64,000 nt of DNA from an uncultured bacterium (GTDB lineage Bacteria > Patescibacteriota > Patescibacteriia > CAIQCM01). How positions within the stretch are numbered: the stretch's first letter is position 1; the number at the start of each line of letters is the position of its first letter. The position numbers and the translations under genes are program-made. Below the pieces are notes generated by a model that worked only from the letters and a program-made list of their open reading frames with translations, did not search any database and was not told where the DNA came from. Shown in pieces: positions 22,102-32,011 of this stretch. The DNA is taken from positions 451,740 to 515,739 of the forward strand of contig OY970181.1 in NCBI GenBank assembly GCA_963708045.1, written 5' to 3'.

Positions 22102-22740
22102 ATGCCTGTTGAAAGAGAAATAAAATACTTTTTTCCGTTATCAAGATTTGGAGAGCTGCGCTCTATTTTAAGCATGTTTGAATATACGGGGACAACTCAT
22201 GAGATGACGTCAATGTTTGATAATCCTAACCCCGACTTAAGCTTTTATCACCCGAAAGTTGATGGTCGGTTAAGATTAAGGGTGGCGAAATGTTTGGATG
22301 GTGATACACAAAACAAAACAACTGGTTTGTTATCTTGGAAACAGCGAATTCCCGAACATGCCCACTCGGCGATTCGTCATGAGCACGAGGTGGAATGTGA
22401 GATTTCTGATAATTCAATTGCAAATATGCAAACTATTCTTCAGGATATTTTAAAATGTCCGCTAATTTCGTCGTATGAACGAGAGCGATCTCATTATTAT
22501 GACGATGGTTTAAAAATAACTCTTGACCGTTTTCCTTATGGGTTAATGTTGGAAATTGAATTTGCTAACGAAACGATTGGTCACAGCGCACTGGAAAAGA
22601 TCTTGGGAAAAATTGGCCTAAAAGAAGATGACGCTTCAAGATTATCCTGTGATGATATGTATAAGCGCCTATGTAAGTTGCAGAATAAACAAATTAAGGA
22701 GCATATCCACTTTGGTGACAAAGATATACCTTTAATATAA
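22102..22740 (+). CDS. CYTH-domain (triphosphate tunnel) enzyme
   Basis: EREIK (ExExK), RLRLR, SWK, EHEVE, ITLDRFPYGLMLEIE. Confidence 0.88.
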   Translation: MPVEREIKYFFPLSRFGELRSILSMFEYTGTTHEMTSMFDNPNPDLSFYHPKVDGRLRLRVAKCLDGDTQNKTTGLLSWKQRIPEHAHSAIRHEHEVECEISDNSIANMQTILQDILKCPLISSYERERSHYYDDGLKITLDRFPYGLMLEIEFANETIGHSALEKILGKIGLKEDDASRLSCDDMYKRLCKLQNKQIKEHIHFGDKDIPLI

Positions 22741-22745
22741 TTTAA

Positions 22746-23397
22746 ATGGCCACTTTTAATAAAAATAAATTGATCGTCTTTGATCTAGACAAAACCATAA
22801 CTGCTGGTTATAGCTGGGCGCGCTTGAATTTTGGCCTAGGTATGACGCGAGACGAAGATATTAGTTTGTCTGAAGAATATTATCAAAAAAACAAATTCAC
22901 AGAATGGACTTCTCGGGTATTAGATATTTATAAAACGCGAAGTATTCCCACTAAGAAAAATGTTCAAAATATATTGAAGGACTTTGAATATACATCTGGC
23001 GCCGAAGAGTGTATAAAAAAATTAAAAAAAATGAATTTTAAAATTGCTATTATTTCTTCTGCGCCAGATGTTTTTGTTAAATTAGTTAGTAATAAACTAA
23101 AAATCAAGAATTTTCGTTTTAATAATACACTAATCTTTGGTGAAAACAATTTTTTAATTAATATTTCAACGGATGGGGAGGATAAGTATACAAAATTTGC
23201 ACATTTGAAAGACCTCTGCCATTTAAGAAAAAGTGGATATGGAAGAAACAGTTATTGTGGGTGACGGGGATAATGATGAATTGTTGTTTAAAGCCTCAAA
23301 ATATTCAATCACCTTCAATGATAGTAAGTTTAAAGATGTGGTTTGGAAGACAATCGACAGCCTTGCCGACCTACCTAAAATTTTGAAGAATAGATAG
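22746..23397 (+). pseudogene. HAD-superfamily phosphatase (PSP/SerB-like) split by a +1 frameshift at ~23225
   Basis: Motif I FDLDKT and motif II ISS are in frame 0. Motif IV VGDGDND continues in the +1 frame to TAG 23395-23397. Confidence 0.85.
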
Positions 23398-23527
23398 TTG
23401 TTTCTGATCCTGTAGTAATTTGTTAACGAAATAATTTGGACAAGCAGAGATCTAATCAGCGGCGAGCAACAAAACTCGCCGTCGTTTCTTATAGTTTAAT
23501 AATGAATATGCGCAGTTTTTAATATTA

Positions 23528-23582
23528 GTTTTGCATAATTTTTAGCCCTCCCATCTTTCCACGGTCGTGGAAAGATGGGAGG
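23528..23582. repeat. 53-bp direct repeat containing a 36-bp palindrome (family D), downstream of the PaaX/Cas2-like gene
   Basis: CCTCCCATCTTTCCACG-GT-CGTGGAAAGATGGGAGG with perfect 17-bp arms (23547-23582). Confidence 0.92.
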
Positions 23583-23609
23583 CGAGGGAAAAAGTGTTGC
23601 AATTAAAAA

Positions 23610-24179
23610 TTATTCATTTGGATTTAGTCCCAAGCCAAAATTAAATGCTAATTTATCATCGCCGTTGAATCTGTTGCAGACAAAATATATAACGCCGCGT
23701 CTAATATGATAATTTGTTTTAGCAAGTTCAATAATGTCTTCGCATGGGAATGGATATATCCAGACGCTCATTTGCAATTGAACCAATCCTAGGTTTTTAA
23801 AAAACGTTCTTATGTTGTCGCGAGAATATCTTTGTCGTTCAGGAACATCAAATGATATTATTCGCCACTTATTATCCCAACGTTTTTGTTGTTTAATTTT
23901 GATATTTTTCATCTCATATCGTAAAAGTTCTGCCTTACCTTTCGCGGTAAGTGAATAATAGGCGATTCCTTTTGTTCTAATTAATTTTATCCATCCGCGT
24001 TCGCGCAAACGACGTGTTGTATAATTTATCCGCCAGTGTGATTTAAAATCAGTTCGTTTAATTGAACAAGGATCAATAGCCTCGTCAATAAATGTTAAAA
24101 ATTTCTTTAAAGTCACGACTCCGTGATCTCCGATAATTTTTAATGCAGCGAATGTATTTTTTGAATATTTGTTTTGCAT
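23610..24179 (-). CDS. PaaX-family protein (winged helix plus Cas2-like ferredoxin domain)
   Basis: RLRERGWI...YSLTAKGK winged helix; WDNKWRIISFDVPE...LGLVQLQMSVWIYP. Confidence 0.88.
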   Translation of the reverse strand: MQNKYSKNTFAALKIIGDHGVVTLKKFLTFIDEAIDPCSIKRTDFKSHWRINYTTRRLRERGWIKLIRTKGIAYYSLTAKGKAELLRYEMKNIKIKQQKRWDNKWRIISFDVPERQRYSRDNIRTFFKNLGLVQLQMSVWIYPFPCEDIIELAKTNYHIRRGVIYFVCNRFNGDDKLAFNFGLGLNPNE

Positions 24180-24223
24180 AATTTTTAGCCCTCCCATCTT
24201 TCAACGGTCGTGGAAAGATGGGA
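24171..24223. repeat. Second copy of the family D direct repeat, containing the start codon of the PaaX/Cas2-like gene
   Basis: 52/53 identical to 23528-23580. Confidence 0.92.
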
Positions 24224-24366
24224 TGGGGTAGACGAGATAAAAAATAAAGAAAGAAAATGTTAGTAAATTTTTGTTTATAATATTTTTTTAATATATCTGC
24301 TGAATGTAATTTTTGTGTTATTTGAAATTGTTTTTTAATTTTAAAAATACGAAATTTATTTAAGTT

Positions 24367-24400
24367 ATCCCGACGGAGAAACAAGTTTCTCCGTCGGGAT
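24367..24400. terminator. Perfect 16-bp inverted repeat, possible terminator
   Basis: ATCCCGACGGAGAAAC-AA-GTTTCTCCGTCGGGAT downstream of the 24485-25087 gene. Confidence 0.5.
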
Positions 24401-24484
24401 TTTGCGGTGCGCGGTTGGCGCGGGCGGGCAAACCAAGTCATTTGAAGTAATTGGTCAGATTGTTTTTTGGTTTGCGGTGGCGCG

Positions 24485-25087
24485 TTATATGCCGAGAGCG
24501 GCGACGGCAACGGGGGCGGTGAGGGCGGCAAGAATTGCGGCAACTGACCCTGAAACGCCGGCGGCAATAAGACTGTTCTTGACCGACGTTTTCATCCCAA
24601 TCTTGGGATTGTCAAAGCATCCCTTGAGGCAAAAACCGTAGGCAATGACGCTTTTGTTTATTACCCCGATGCACGGCGTTCGGCTTTTAAACCAACCGGC
24701 AAGATGCAGTTCAACAAGCGTGATTGTTGTGCGTTCGTTCGTTACTTCCAAAACAAGATGCGGCGCCCATTGGTTGATACAGCCGGCCATGTACTCGCTT
24801 GAAACGTAAATCTTGATTTTGAATTTACCAACGGAAACAGTTGGCCCTTCATCCGAAGAAAACGTAAGTTCAAAAGCGTTTTCTTCGGTTATGAGCGGGG
24901 GACTGACTGCAATTAATGCTTCGTATTCGGTAATGTTGGCGGCGGTCGCACCGTTTTCAAAAACAACATTTACGTTGTCTTCATCGCTTCCAACGGACGT
25001 CGCTCGTCCCAGTGTTTCCTTGCTGCAGGCGGTTTGTGAAAAAAGCGCTATGAAAAAAATCGGCAATACCGTTTTTCTTGTCTTCAT
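24485..25087 (-). CDS. Hypothetical lipoprotein with hydrophobic C-terminal helix
   Basis: AAGGAG SD, signal ending QTAC, Ala-rich C-terminus. Confidence 0.7.
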   Translation of the reverse strand: MKTRKTVLPIFFIALFSQTACSKETLGRATSVGSDEDNVNVVFENGATAANITEYEALIAVSPPLITEENAFELTFSSDEGPTVSVGKFKIKIYVSSEYMAGCINQWAPHLVLEVTNERTTITLVELHLAGWFKSRTPCIGVINKSVIAYGFCLKGCFDNPKIGMKTSVKNSLIAAGVSGSVAAILAALTAPVAVAALGI

Positions 25088-25444
25088 CGTGTTGCTCCTT
25101 GTAAATGACCAATGCCAAATGGCATCTTCATCGTACCGAATACGAAAAAAAATTTAACCAAAGTGTTGGCGTGCATCAACAAGTGTCATTTTTAATCGGA
25201 AAAAGCGTTGGCGGTGGATAACAGGTGAATATTTTTTCGTCGTTAAAAAAAGTTGTTCGGTTTTTTAAAAAATATTTTTAAAGTGTCGGGCGGCGCCGAC
25301 ATATTTTTTTGCTGGTTAAACAAAATTTTTTGCGTGTTGTTATGCACAGCCGACACTTTGCTAAAAGGGTTTTTTGCTATTGCGTACACTGGTTGTGGGT
25401 GAAAGCACCTTGAAAAATCAACCAAACAACGAAAGGCACGGAAA

Positions 25445-26932
25445 ATGAAGACGAAGACACTCGCAATCGTAGTTTTGTTTTTGGCATCCTGCGGCGCGGA
25501 AATAAAGGTTAAAAAACCCGCAACAGAAACAACGACTGGTACGCGATCGGGGACAACGGTCACACAAAAGTTTGACGCTGGTGTTTCCACGCCCGCAACA
25601 AAATCAACACCAAACTCGGTCAGCGAATCAACGGGTGCCGTGATCACGGCGGCGCAGGTTTTGCGTCATCTCCCAGGGACGGCGGTCAAACTGGCAGGCG
25701 GGGGAACGGTATACTTGGTCGCGAGCGACGGCACACTGTCTTCGTTTTCCAACACGACTGCGCTGCACACCTCGGGATATTCGGACGCGATGGTCGCGAC
25801 AATTACGGCGGCGGAATTTTCTTGCTATCGCACGGGGAAAACGATTAAAAGCGGTCTGCCGGCGCCTGGCGAAGGACATCTGCGCGACGGGACGCTTGTT
25901 AAAGAGAATAACAAATCCACGGTTTATATTGTTTCCGATGGTATTGCTTGGTCAATTGTCAGTATGGATGTTTTTACGGCCGCCGGTTATAAAACAGAAT
26001 CAGTTGAAATCGTAAACGCCGGAACAATAAGAAATCTTGTTGATGAAGTTGGAAGTTGCGCCGACGGATTGGCTTGTTTGGATGCTGAATATTTAAGTTC
26101 GTGCGCTAAAGAAGAAATCGGCGACATTTCGCTTCCGCCGATTACGGTGGAAGACACGGGCGTCAAAACTTCGGCCACGACTTCGGTGGGAACGTCGGTC
26201 GCGACGCAAACCCGTACGACAATTGCGACTTCGGTGCAAACAGCAACAACCATGGCGACCGCGGCTCCAACTTCGGTCGCGACCTCGGTTGCGACAACAA
26301 TGCCGACTTCGGTTGCAACTTCAATTGCGACTTCGGTGCCTATACAAACACAAACCGTCGTAATGGTGCAAACAGCGACGCAAAATACAGTTCAAGTGAC
26401 GAGCGCCGCGACGGCGCTTGCGACAAGTACGCAAACGGCAAGTGTGGTTTCGGTTACTTCGGTCGCAACCTCAGCGCAAACGCAAACAACGACGCAGACA
26501 ACTACCATAACCGCTGTTGCAACAGGTACGCCAGCAACCTGGGTTTGGATGGGGGATGGGACGAAACTTTGTTTGAATGCGGTTTACTTTATGCCGCGTT
26601 CGGCAACACGGGCGGTGCTAAGAACGTGGACAGGACCGTATGTAACTGGCACAAATGCCGGACCGGTTACGGGCAAGGACGCACAAAATCGTTTTTGCTG
26701 GGACTTTGTCGGAATGCCAGCGGGAATTTACCGTCTTTGGGCCGATGTGCCGGCAACGACTTGCGCCAATACTGATTTTTGCGGCGATGATGGAATGGGT
26801 GGGGACGGCGCACAATATGGCACAGCGCCGAACGCTACGGCGACCGAACGTAAATGGCTCTACTGCCTAGACACAGGTTGCGATGGTTACGCTGTTTTTA
26901 ACGGAACAGCCTGGATTCCGGCCAATTCTTAA
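25445..26932 (+). CDS. Lipoprotein with two tandem CPR-type surface repeats, a long Thr-rich stalk and a Cys-containing C-terminal domain
   Basis: LASC lipobox; GTAVKL..TVYLV and GTLVKE..TVYIV repeats; (ATSV)n tract. Confidence 0.8.
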   Translation: MKTKTLAIVVLFLASCGAEIKVKKPATETTTGTRSGTTVTQKFDAGVSTPATKSTPNSVSESTGAVITAAQVLRHLPGTAVKLAGGGTVYLVASDGTLSSFSNTTALHTSGYSDAMVATITAAEFSCYRTGKTIKSGLPAPGEGHLRDGTLVKENNKSTVYIVSDGIAWSIVSMDVFTAAGYKTESVEIVNAGTIRNLVDEVGSCADGLACLDAEYLSSCAKEEIGDISLPPITVEDTGVKTSATTSVGTSVATQTRTTIATSVQTATTMATAAPTSVATSVATTMPTSVATSIATSVPIQTQTVVMVQTATQNTVQVTSAATALATSTQTASVVSVTSVATSAQTQTTTQTTTITAVATGTPATWVWMGDGTKLCLNAVYFMPRSATRAVLRTWTGPYVTGTNAGPVTGKDAQNRFCWDFVGMPAGIYRLWADVPATTCANTDFCGDDGMGGDGAQYGTAPNATATERKWLYCLDTGCDGYAVFNGTAWIPANS

Positions 26933-26952
26933 CAATTTCGCAAACTTCCTTT

Positions 26953-26987
26953 TCAGCCGCTCCAATGCTATCGGGGCGGCTGATTTT
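26953..26987 (+). terminator. Intrinsic terminator
   Basis: TCAGCCGCTCC...GGGGCGGCTGA-TTTT. Confidence 0.75.
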
Positions 26988-27063
26988 CTTATATTTTTGC
27001 GGATAAATTTGGCCTATGAGCAAAATATTCTTTCTGCTATACTATATTAAATTACTGCGCACA

Positions 27064-29610
27064 ATGAAAAAGTTTTTAAACAATATAAAATTTTGGCTGG
27101 TCAGCCTTGGGGCGGTGACTCTGTCTTTTGCTTTTGCGACCGCGGCTAAGGCTGCAGGAGAAACCGTTACCTCTCAGGTTATTTCCGAAGGTATTGGTTG
27201 GGCGCTAAATAAATTAGTTATTTCTCCGCTCGTTGGCGTGCTTGGTAATGTCGCGCTAATTTTAATAGATTTTTTGGTTAAAGTCGTAAGTTATACCGGC
27301 TATATGACGTCGCCAGCGGTGGTGAACGGTTGGATTGTTGTGCGCGACGTTGCCAATATGTTCTTTGTGGCAATGTTTCTCGTCATCGCCATTGGTACTA
27401 TTGTTAACCCGGGAAAATTTCAGGGAATGCGCGCCATTGTCCGCCTGCTTCTTTATGCCATCTTTGTAAACTTTAGCAAAACCATCGCTGGACTTTGTAT
27501 TGACGCTTCCAACATTGTAATGCTCACTTTTGTTAATGGTTTTAAAGCCGCGGCTGGTGGTAATTTTGTGGACGCCCTTGGAATGCGCAGTTTGGTGACA
27601 ATAAACCCGAACGAAGCCGCTCCTTTAACCGGCCTTATTGGCGCGCAACTAGTTGGTTTAATAATGATGGTCATCATCGTTGTTTTGATCGGCATAATTT
27701 TGATCGCAATGGTAATGCGTATGATAACGCTGTGGTTTTTAATTGTCGTCTCACCGCTCGCTTTTGCAATGGGCGGAACAGAAATGACCAAGCCGCGTTA
27801 TGCCGAATGGTGGAAGCGTTTTTCCGCCCAGCTCACAACTGGTCCGCTGGTTGCCTTTTTCTTGTGGCTAACTTTGGCAACGGTTCAGCAACAGCCGGTC
27901 GGTGCCGATCTTGCTGGTACTGGCCCGGGCAGTATTTCGGGCGCGCAAACTGCTGGTGCTAAAGAAATCACTTCTTGCACCAGCGAATTTTGCAAACAGT
28001 CACAAATAATGCGTTTCGTGATCGCTGCGCTAATGCTCTTGGGCGGTCTTATGTTTGCCAAAGAATTTGAAGGTGTGGGTGGCGAGCTCGCTGGCGCGGC
28101 GTTAAACAAAGGAAAAGGCGCGATGAACTATGTTGGTAAGCGCGCACTCAAACTTGGCGCAATCGGCGTCGGCGTGGCGGCGGCGCCGGTTTTGGGCGGA
28201 GCTATTGCTGGTGGTTATTTGATGTCAAGAACCGAAACCGGAAAAGGTATTTTGGGTCGGGCGGGAACTGGCATAGGACGCGGAATATCGGCGGCGCAAA
28301 ATAAAAATATCGCCGCTCGGTGGGCAATGCGACTTACGGGAATTGGTGCGGCTGGCCGTTTAGCAACTTCGCTTGGCAATAAACAATTAGCCGCCGCCGA
28401 TAAAACGGCGCGTGACAGGATGCAGTATTACAGTCAAGATCAGGTTGAAGAAGTTGCTTCCAGTAGCCTTTCTAGTTACCCAGAAAAACGTGCCGCCGCG
28501 TTGCGTATTGCGAAGGATAAAGATTATCGCAATGCCAATATTAATGATGCTGATCCCGAAAAACGCGCCAAGGCCGAACGTCGGCTTAAAATATTGCAAC
28601 AGTCAATTAAAACGCTTTCCGAAATTAACGGCGACAAAGATGCGGATGATGCGATTAAGGAAGTTAAGGAAGTTCGTCCCGAAGCCTTGGCAATGGGGCC
28701 GAAACCGGTTAATTTTGCCGACTTTGGTCACGGGTTTAATATTCGCGAAGGCGCGTCAAAACTTCGCCTTGACCTAATGTCGGAAGCGAATAGAAATGAA
28801 TTTTTGCACAACCTTCGTCCTGACGATCTTAAAGAATTGTATAAGCGCACCAGCGCCGACGGCAAACGGGCGATTGATGCGTATAGAATGGGCTCGCTTC
28901 CAACAAGGCCGGAATTGGATACGGCAGTTAAGAGTGGTCAACTCACCGCAGATGATATAGCTGATCTACCCGCAGAACGTTATGTTCCAGGGAGGACGGA
29001 TGGCTCTACCGAAACCAATATTGATTTAGCAAGAAGTGTTTTGGAAAACGGCAAACCCGGGCAGATACGCGCATTTTTGTCGCGCGAGGATGCTCATCTT
29101 TTTGGCGAGGCTATGCGCGATGCTTTGCGGGGGAATTTAAATTTTTCAACTGGTGCTGGTTTTGATGGTCATACTGGAACAATGACCGACGACAATATGC
29201 GTTTGGCCGAGGGTGCGATTATCGCCAATATAGGAGCTAACGCACAAAGCCGGGAAAAGCTTTTGAAAGACACATACCGCGTTAAAGATGATGGAACTTT
29301 TGTTGATCCGAGAATGGAGTCGTCTTTTGTCGCGGCGTTAAGCTCGCCGCGAAAAGTTGACATGCTTATGAGTTTGCCGGAAAGTGCTTATAATGACGAA
29401 ACAAAAAAAATTACTCAGCACATAATAAGCAGTTTACAAGATCAAGATCTTGTTGATTTTGCTAGTCGTGCCACGACCGCCGAAGACGATCGCAGATTAA
29501 ATTGGTTGTTAAAGACGGTAGCTGCCGCTGGTAATGCTGGTAATGCAAGAGCGGCCTCTCTTGCACAAAATGCAAGCATACATCCCGACCTTGGGCATCA
29601 TATGTCGTAA
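27064..29610 (+). CDS. VirB6/TrbL-like polytopic membrane protein with long soluble C-terminus
   Basis: GWIVVRDVANMFF, FVNFSKTIAG..IDASN, RMITLWFLIVVSPLAF, WW motifs; lies upstream of prgI/virB4. Confidence 0.78.
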   Translation: MKKFLNNIKFWLVSLGAVTLSFAFATAAKAAGETVTSQVISEGIGWALNKLVISPLVGVLGNVALILIDFLVKVVSYTGYMTSPAVVNGWIVVRDVANMFFVAMFLVIAIGTIVNPGKFQGMRAIVRLLLYAIFVNFSKTIAGLCIDASNIVMLTFVNGFKAAAGGNFVDALGMRSLVTINPNEAAPLTGLIGAQLVGLIMMVIIVVLIGIILIAMVMRMITLWFLIVVSPLAFAMGGTEMTKPRYAEWWKRFSAQLTTGPLVAFFLWLTLATVQQQPVGADLAGTGPGSISGAQTAGAKEITSCTSEFCKQSQIMRFVIAALMLLGGLMFAKEFEGVGGELAGAALNKGKGAMNYVGKRALKLGAIGVGVAAAPVLGGAIAGGYLMSRTETGKGILGRAGTGIGRGISAAQNKNIAARWAMRLTGIGAAGRLATSLGNKQLAAADKTARDRMQYYSQDQVEEVASSSLSSYPEKRAAALRIAKDKDYRNANINDADPEKRAKAERRLKILQQSIKTLSEINGDKDADDAIKEVKEVRPEALAMGPKPVNFADFGHGFNIREGASKLRLDLMSEANRNEFLHNLRPDDLKELYKRTSADGKRAIDAYRMGSLPTRPELDTAVKSGQLTADDIADLPAERYVPGRTDGSTETNIDLARSVLENGKPGQIRAFLSREDAHLFGEAMRDALRGNLNFSTGAGFDGHTGTMTDDNMRLAEGAIIANIGANAQSREKLLKDTYRVKDDGTFVDPRMESSFVAALSSPRKVDMLMSLPESAYNDETKKITQHIISSLQDQDLVDFASRATTAEDDRRLNWLLKTVAAAGNAGNARAASLAQNASIHPDLGHHMS

Positions 29611-29617
29611 ATAATCC

Positions 29618-31426
29618 ATGCCAATACCTGACCAGATAAAAAGTTTTATCGTCGCACCTGACAATATAAAAAAGCGTATAGATTTAATGCGCCGTTATTC
29701 GGTATCGTTAGAGGCCAGTATTAAATTTACGAAAACCATCAATCGTCTTTATGAAAAAGAAATCGGATTAAATGATTTAATCCCTGAACTTACTAAAACG
29801 ACAGGACTACCCGAAGACACAGTTAAAAAAATAATTTTGGAATTTGCCGGCCATGAGTTTTTGCCGGCCTCGTCATATTTGGGAAATGTTAGCGAATACA
29901 TAAAAAGTATGGGTGGTGATCCCGCGAGTTATCCCGCGACGAGAATCACGATTCGTTCGCTTACGCCCGAAGAGGTTGTGTCTGAAGTTTTACATGAAAA
30001 TACCTTGCCGCTTGCGGCGCACCTAGAAGGGCGGTTACGCGAAATTTTGGAATCATTTGTGCGTGGCGTACGCAGTAAAGACGAAACAATCCATCGCTTG
30101 ACGCGCGCGGAAAAAATCGGCGGCGTGGCTTTTCTTGACGCCGATGCCGAGAAAATCGTAAATATTTTGGCCGAAAAAACCGCCAGCGTTAAAATTGATT
30201 TTTCCGCGCCGGTTGCGGCCGAGGCGAAACCTCGACCAGAAGAGGTTCCGACGCCGGTTTTGGCCGAGGTTTCGCCTCGGCCGTCCGATCAAGCTGCCGT
30301 GCCGCAAATGTTGCCGGCGGTGTCGGTATTGTCAACGATGACCGTTAGACCGCCAGAAGTAAAACGCGAAATAAGTATTTCCCAAGCTAATATTGATTTT
30401 GAACGCCGTCTTTTTGGAACGGCTGTACGCATCGCAGGCGGCGTTGGCGTCCCTGTGCCAAAAGAACTTAGCGATCGGTTGATGGCAATTATCGTCGCGT
30501 TTCTAAAAGAAGCACGCAAGTCGGGCGACACCTTAGCAACCTTAAAAAAGACCACCACCTCGGGGGGAATGGGTTTTGACGATGTCATCGCGCAAAAAAC
30601 GATTGGTCTTTTAAATGACGAACTCAAAAAGATTCAGTTGGAAAACGCCATGGTGATGAAAAAAGAAAAAGAAGATTTTTCTAAAAAACAAAACGCCGAG
30701 ATGCTGGAAAGAGAAAACGCCCGTCAAAATGCGGAGATTGCCGAGCGTGATAAATTATACTCAAAACTTTCTGGTAAAAATCCATTTGCTTTCAAAATTG
30801 CGCCGAAAACTGAAAACGCCGCGCGTTCAATAACGCTGGCGAAAATTGTGCCGCCGCCGGTTCCCCCGGTTGCTCCTTCTGCTCCCGAGGCGAAACCTCG
30901 GCAGGAAGAGGTTTTGACCGAACAAGTAGCGCCTCAAGTTGTGCCAGAAGTAGTTTTGGCTCGCCCGGTTGCGCCATTGGCTCGGGTTGTGCCGCCGCCG
31001 GTTTCGCCCGTACCAAGTCCTTCGTTGCCGCCGCCGGTTTTTGTCCCGCCACCCGTTGCGCCACTTCCAAAAATGCAGGATATTCGCAAAACCGCTTTGC
31101 ATCTTACGGGTCCGGCTGAAGAACTCCGCAATATGAATTTGCAAGATTTTCGTCGGCTTTCTTCTAATTCAGAAGAAGCTTGCCGAAAATTAAATGACAA
31201 AGTGCTTCTTTTGGACGAACAATCTTATGCCGATCGCGCCGAAGGCGTAAAAGCTTGGCAAGAATCGCCGCTTTACAAGCTTTATCTTTCAATTTTGAAT
31301 GAATCGTTTGGTGGCGGCGGGGGAGTGTCGGCAGTGATTCGTGCGCGTGAAACAAGTAACAAGGAATCGCTCACCGAAGCCGAAGTTCGTGCTATAATGG
31401 TATTGAATCGCAAACTAAAGAGTTAA
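29618..31426 (+). CDS. Conserved hypothetical protein of the CPR T4SS-like locus (Pro-rich linker)
   Basis: 602-aa ORF coupled to its neighbours; GPAEELRNM..DFRRL and WQESPLYKLY C-terminal block. Confidence 0.7.
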   Translation: MPIPDQIKSFIVAPDNIKKRIDLMRRYSVSLEASIKFTKTINRLYEKEIGLNDLIPELTKTTGLPEDTVKKIILEFAGHEFLPASSYLGNVSEYIKSMGGDPASYPATRITIRSLTPEEVVSEVLHENTLPLAAHLEGRLREILESFVRGVRSKDETIHRLTRAEKIGGVAFLDADAEKIVNILAEKTASVKIDFSAPVAAEAKPRPEEVPTPVLAEVSPRPSDQAAVPQMLPAVSVLSTMTVRPPEVKREISISQANIDFERRLFGTAVRIAGGVGVPVPKELSDRLMAIIVAFLKEARKSGDTLATLKKTTTSGGMGFDDVIAQKTIGLLNDELKKIQLENAMVMKKEKEDFSKKQNAEMLERENARQNAEIAERDKLYSKLSGKNPFAFKIAPKTENAARSITLAKIVPPPVPPVAPSAPEAKPRQEEVLTEQVAPQVVPEVVLARPVAPLARVVPPPVSPVPSPSLPPPVFVPPPVAPLPKMQDIRKTALHLTGPAEELRNMNLQDFRRLSSNSEEACRKLNDKVLLLDEQSYADRAEGVKAWQESPLYKLYLSILNESFGGGGGVSAVIRARETSNKESLTEAEVRAIMVLNRKLKS

Positions 31427-31493
31427 ATGAAATAATTAAGAAGTTTGCTATTAATCTTCTAACGTCTAATCTCTAACGTCTAATCTCTAAAAA

Positions 31494-31931
31494 ATGCCCC
31501 AACAGTTCGTTGTCCCGCAATTTATTGATGTTGAAGATAAAATCATCGGGCCGATTACCACCCGTCAGTTTTTAATTTTGCTCGCAACCTCGCTTATCTT
31601 ATTTATAATGTACGCGATTTTGGCGATGGCTTATTTTATCGGTTTTGGTTTGCCAATTTTGGTCGTCGGAATTGTGTTTTCTTTTGCAAAAATTAACGGC
31701 CAGCCTTTTCATTATTTTTTTCTTAACGTAATTCAAACTAGCCGCAAACCAAAATTACGCGTTTGGTATAAAGAAGAAACCAATGTTGAGCTAATGGCGC
31801 GCATTTCCGCGCCGCCCGCGCCACCCTCTGTTCCGACATTAACCAAAGAAAGAGCAACCAGTTCGCGTTTACAAGAATTAACGCTTATCGCCAATACCGG
31901 CGGCGTTTATCGCCCCGAGGATTGGGTGTGA
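31494..31931 (+). CDS. PrgI-family membrane protein
   Basis: QFVVPQFIDVEDKIIGPITTRQF, two TMs, KINGQPF. Confidence 0.88.
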   Translation: MPQQFVVPQFIDVEDKIIGPITTRQFLILLATSLILFIMYAILAMAYFIGFGLPILVVGIVFSFAKINGQPFHYFFLNVIQTSRKPKLRVWYKEETNVELMARISAPPAPPSVPTLTKERATSSRLQELTLIANTGGVYRPEDWV

Positions 31932-32011
31932 ACAATATGAATCATGTTCCACGCACCATATACCACCAATGATGAGCGGTTAATGGTTCATGATTCATGT
32001 TTCATGAAAAT

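Noticed and set aside
23528-24223. CRISPR-Cas locus (Cas2-like protein plus 36-bp palindromic repeats)
   Set aside because: Only two adjacent repeats separated by a whole gene, no spacer array, no cas1 or effector genes, and the protein has a PaaX-type winged helix.
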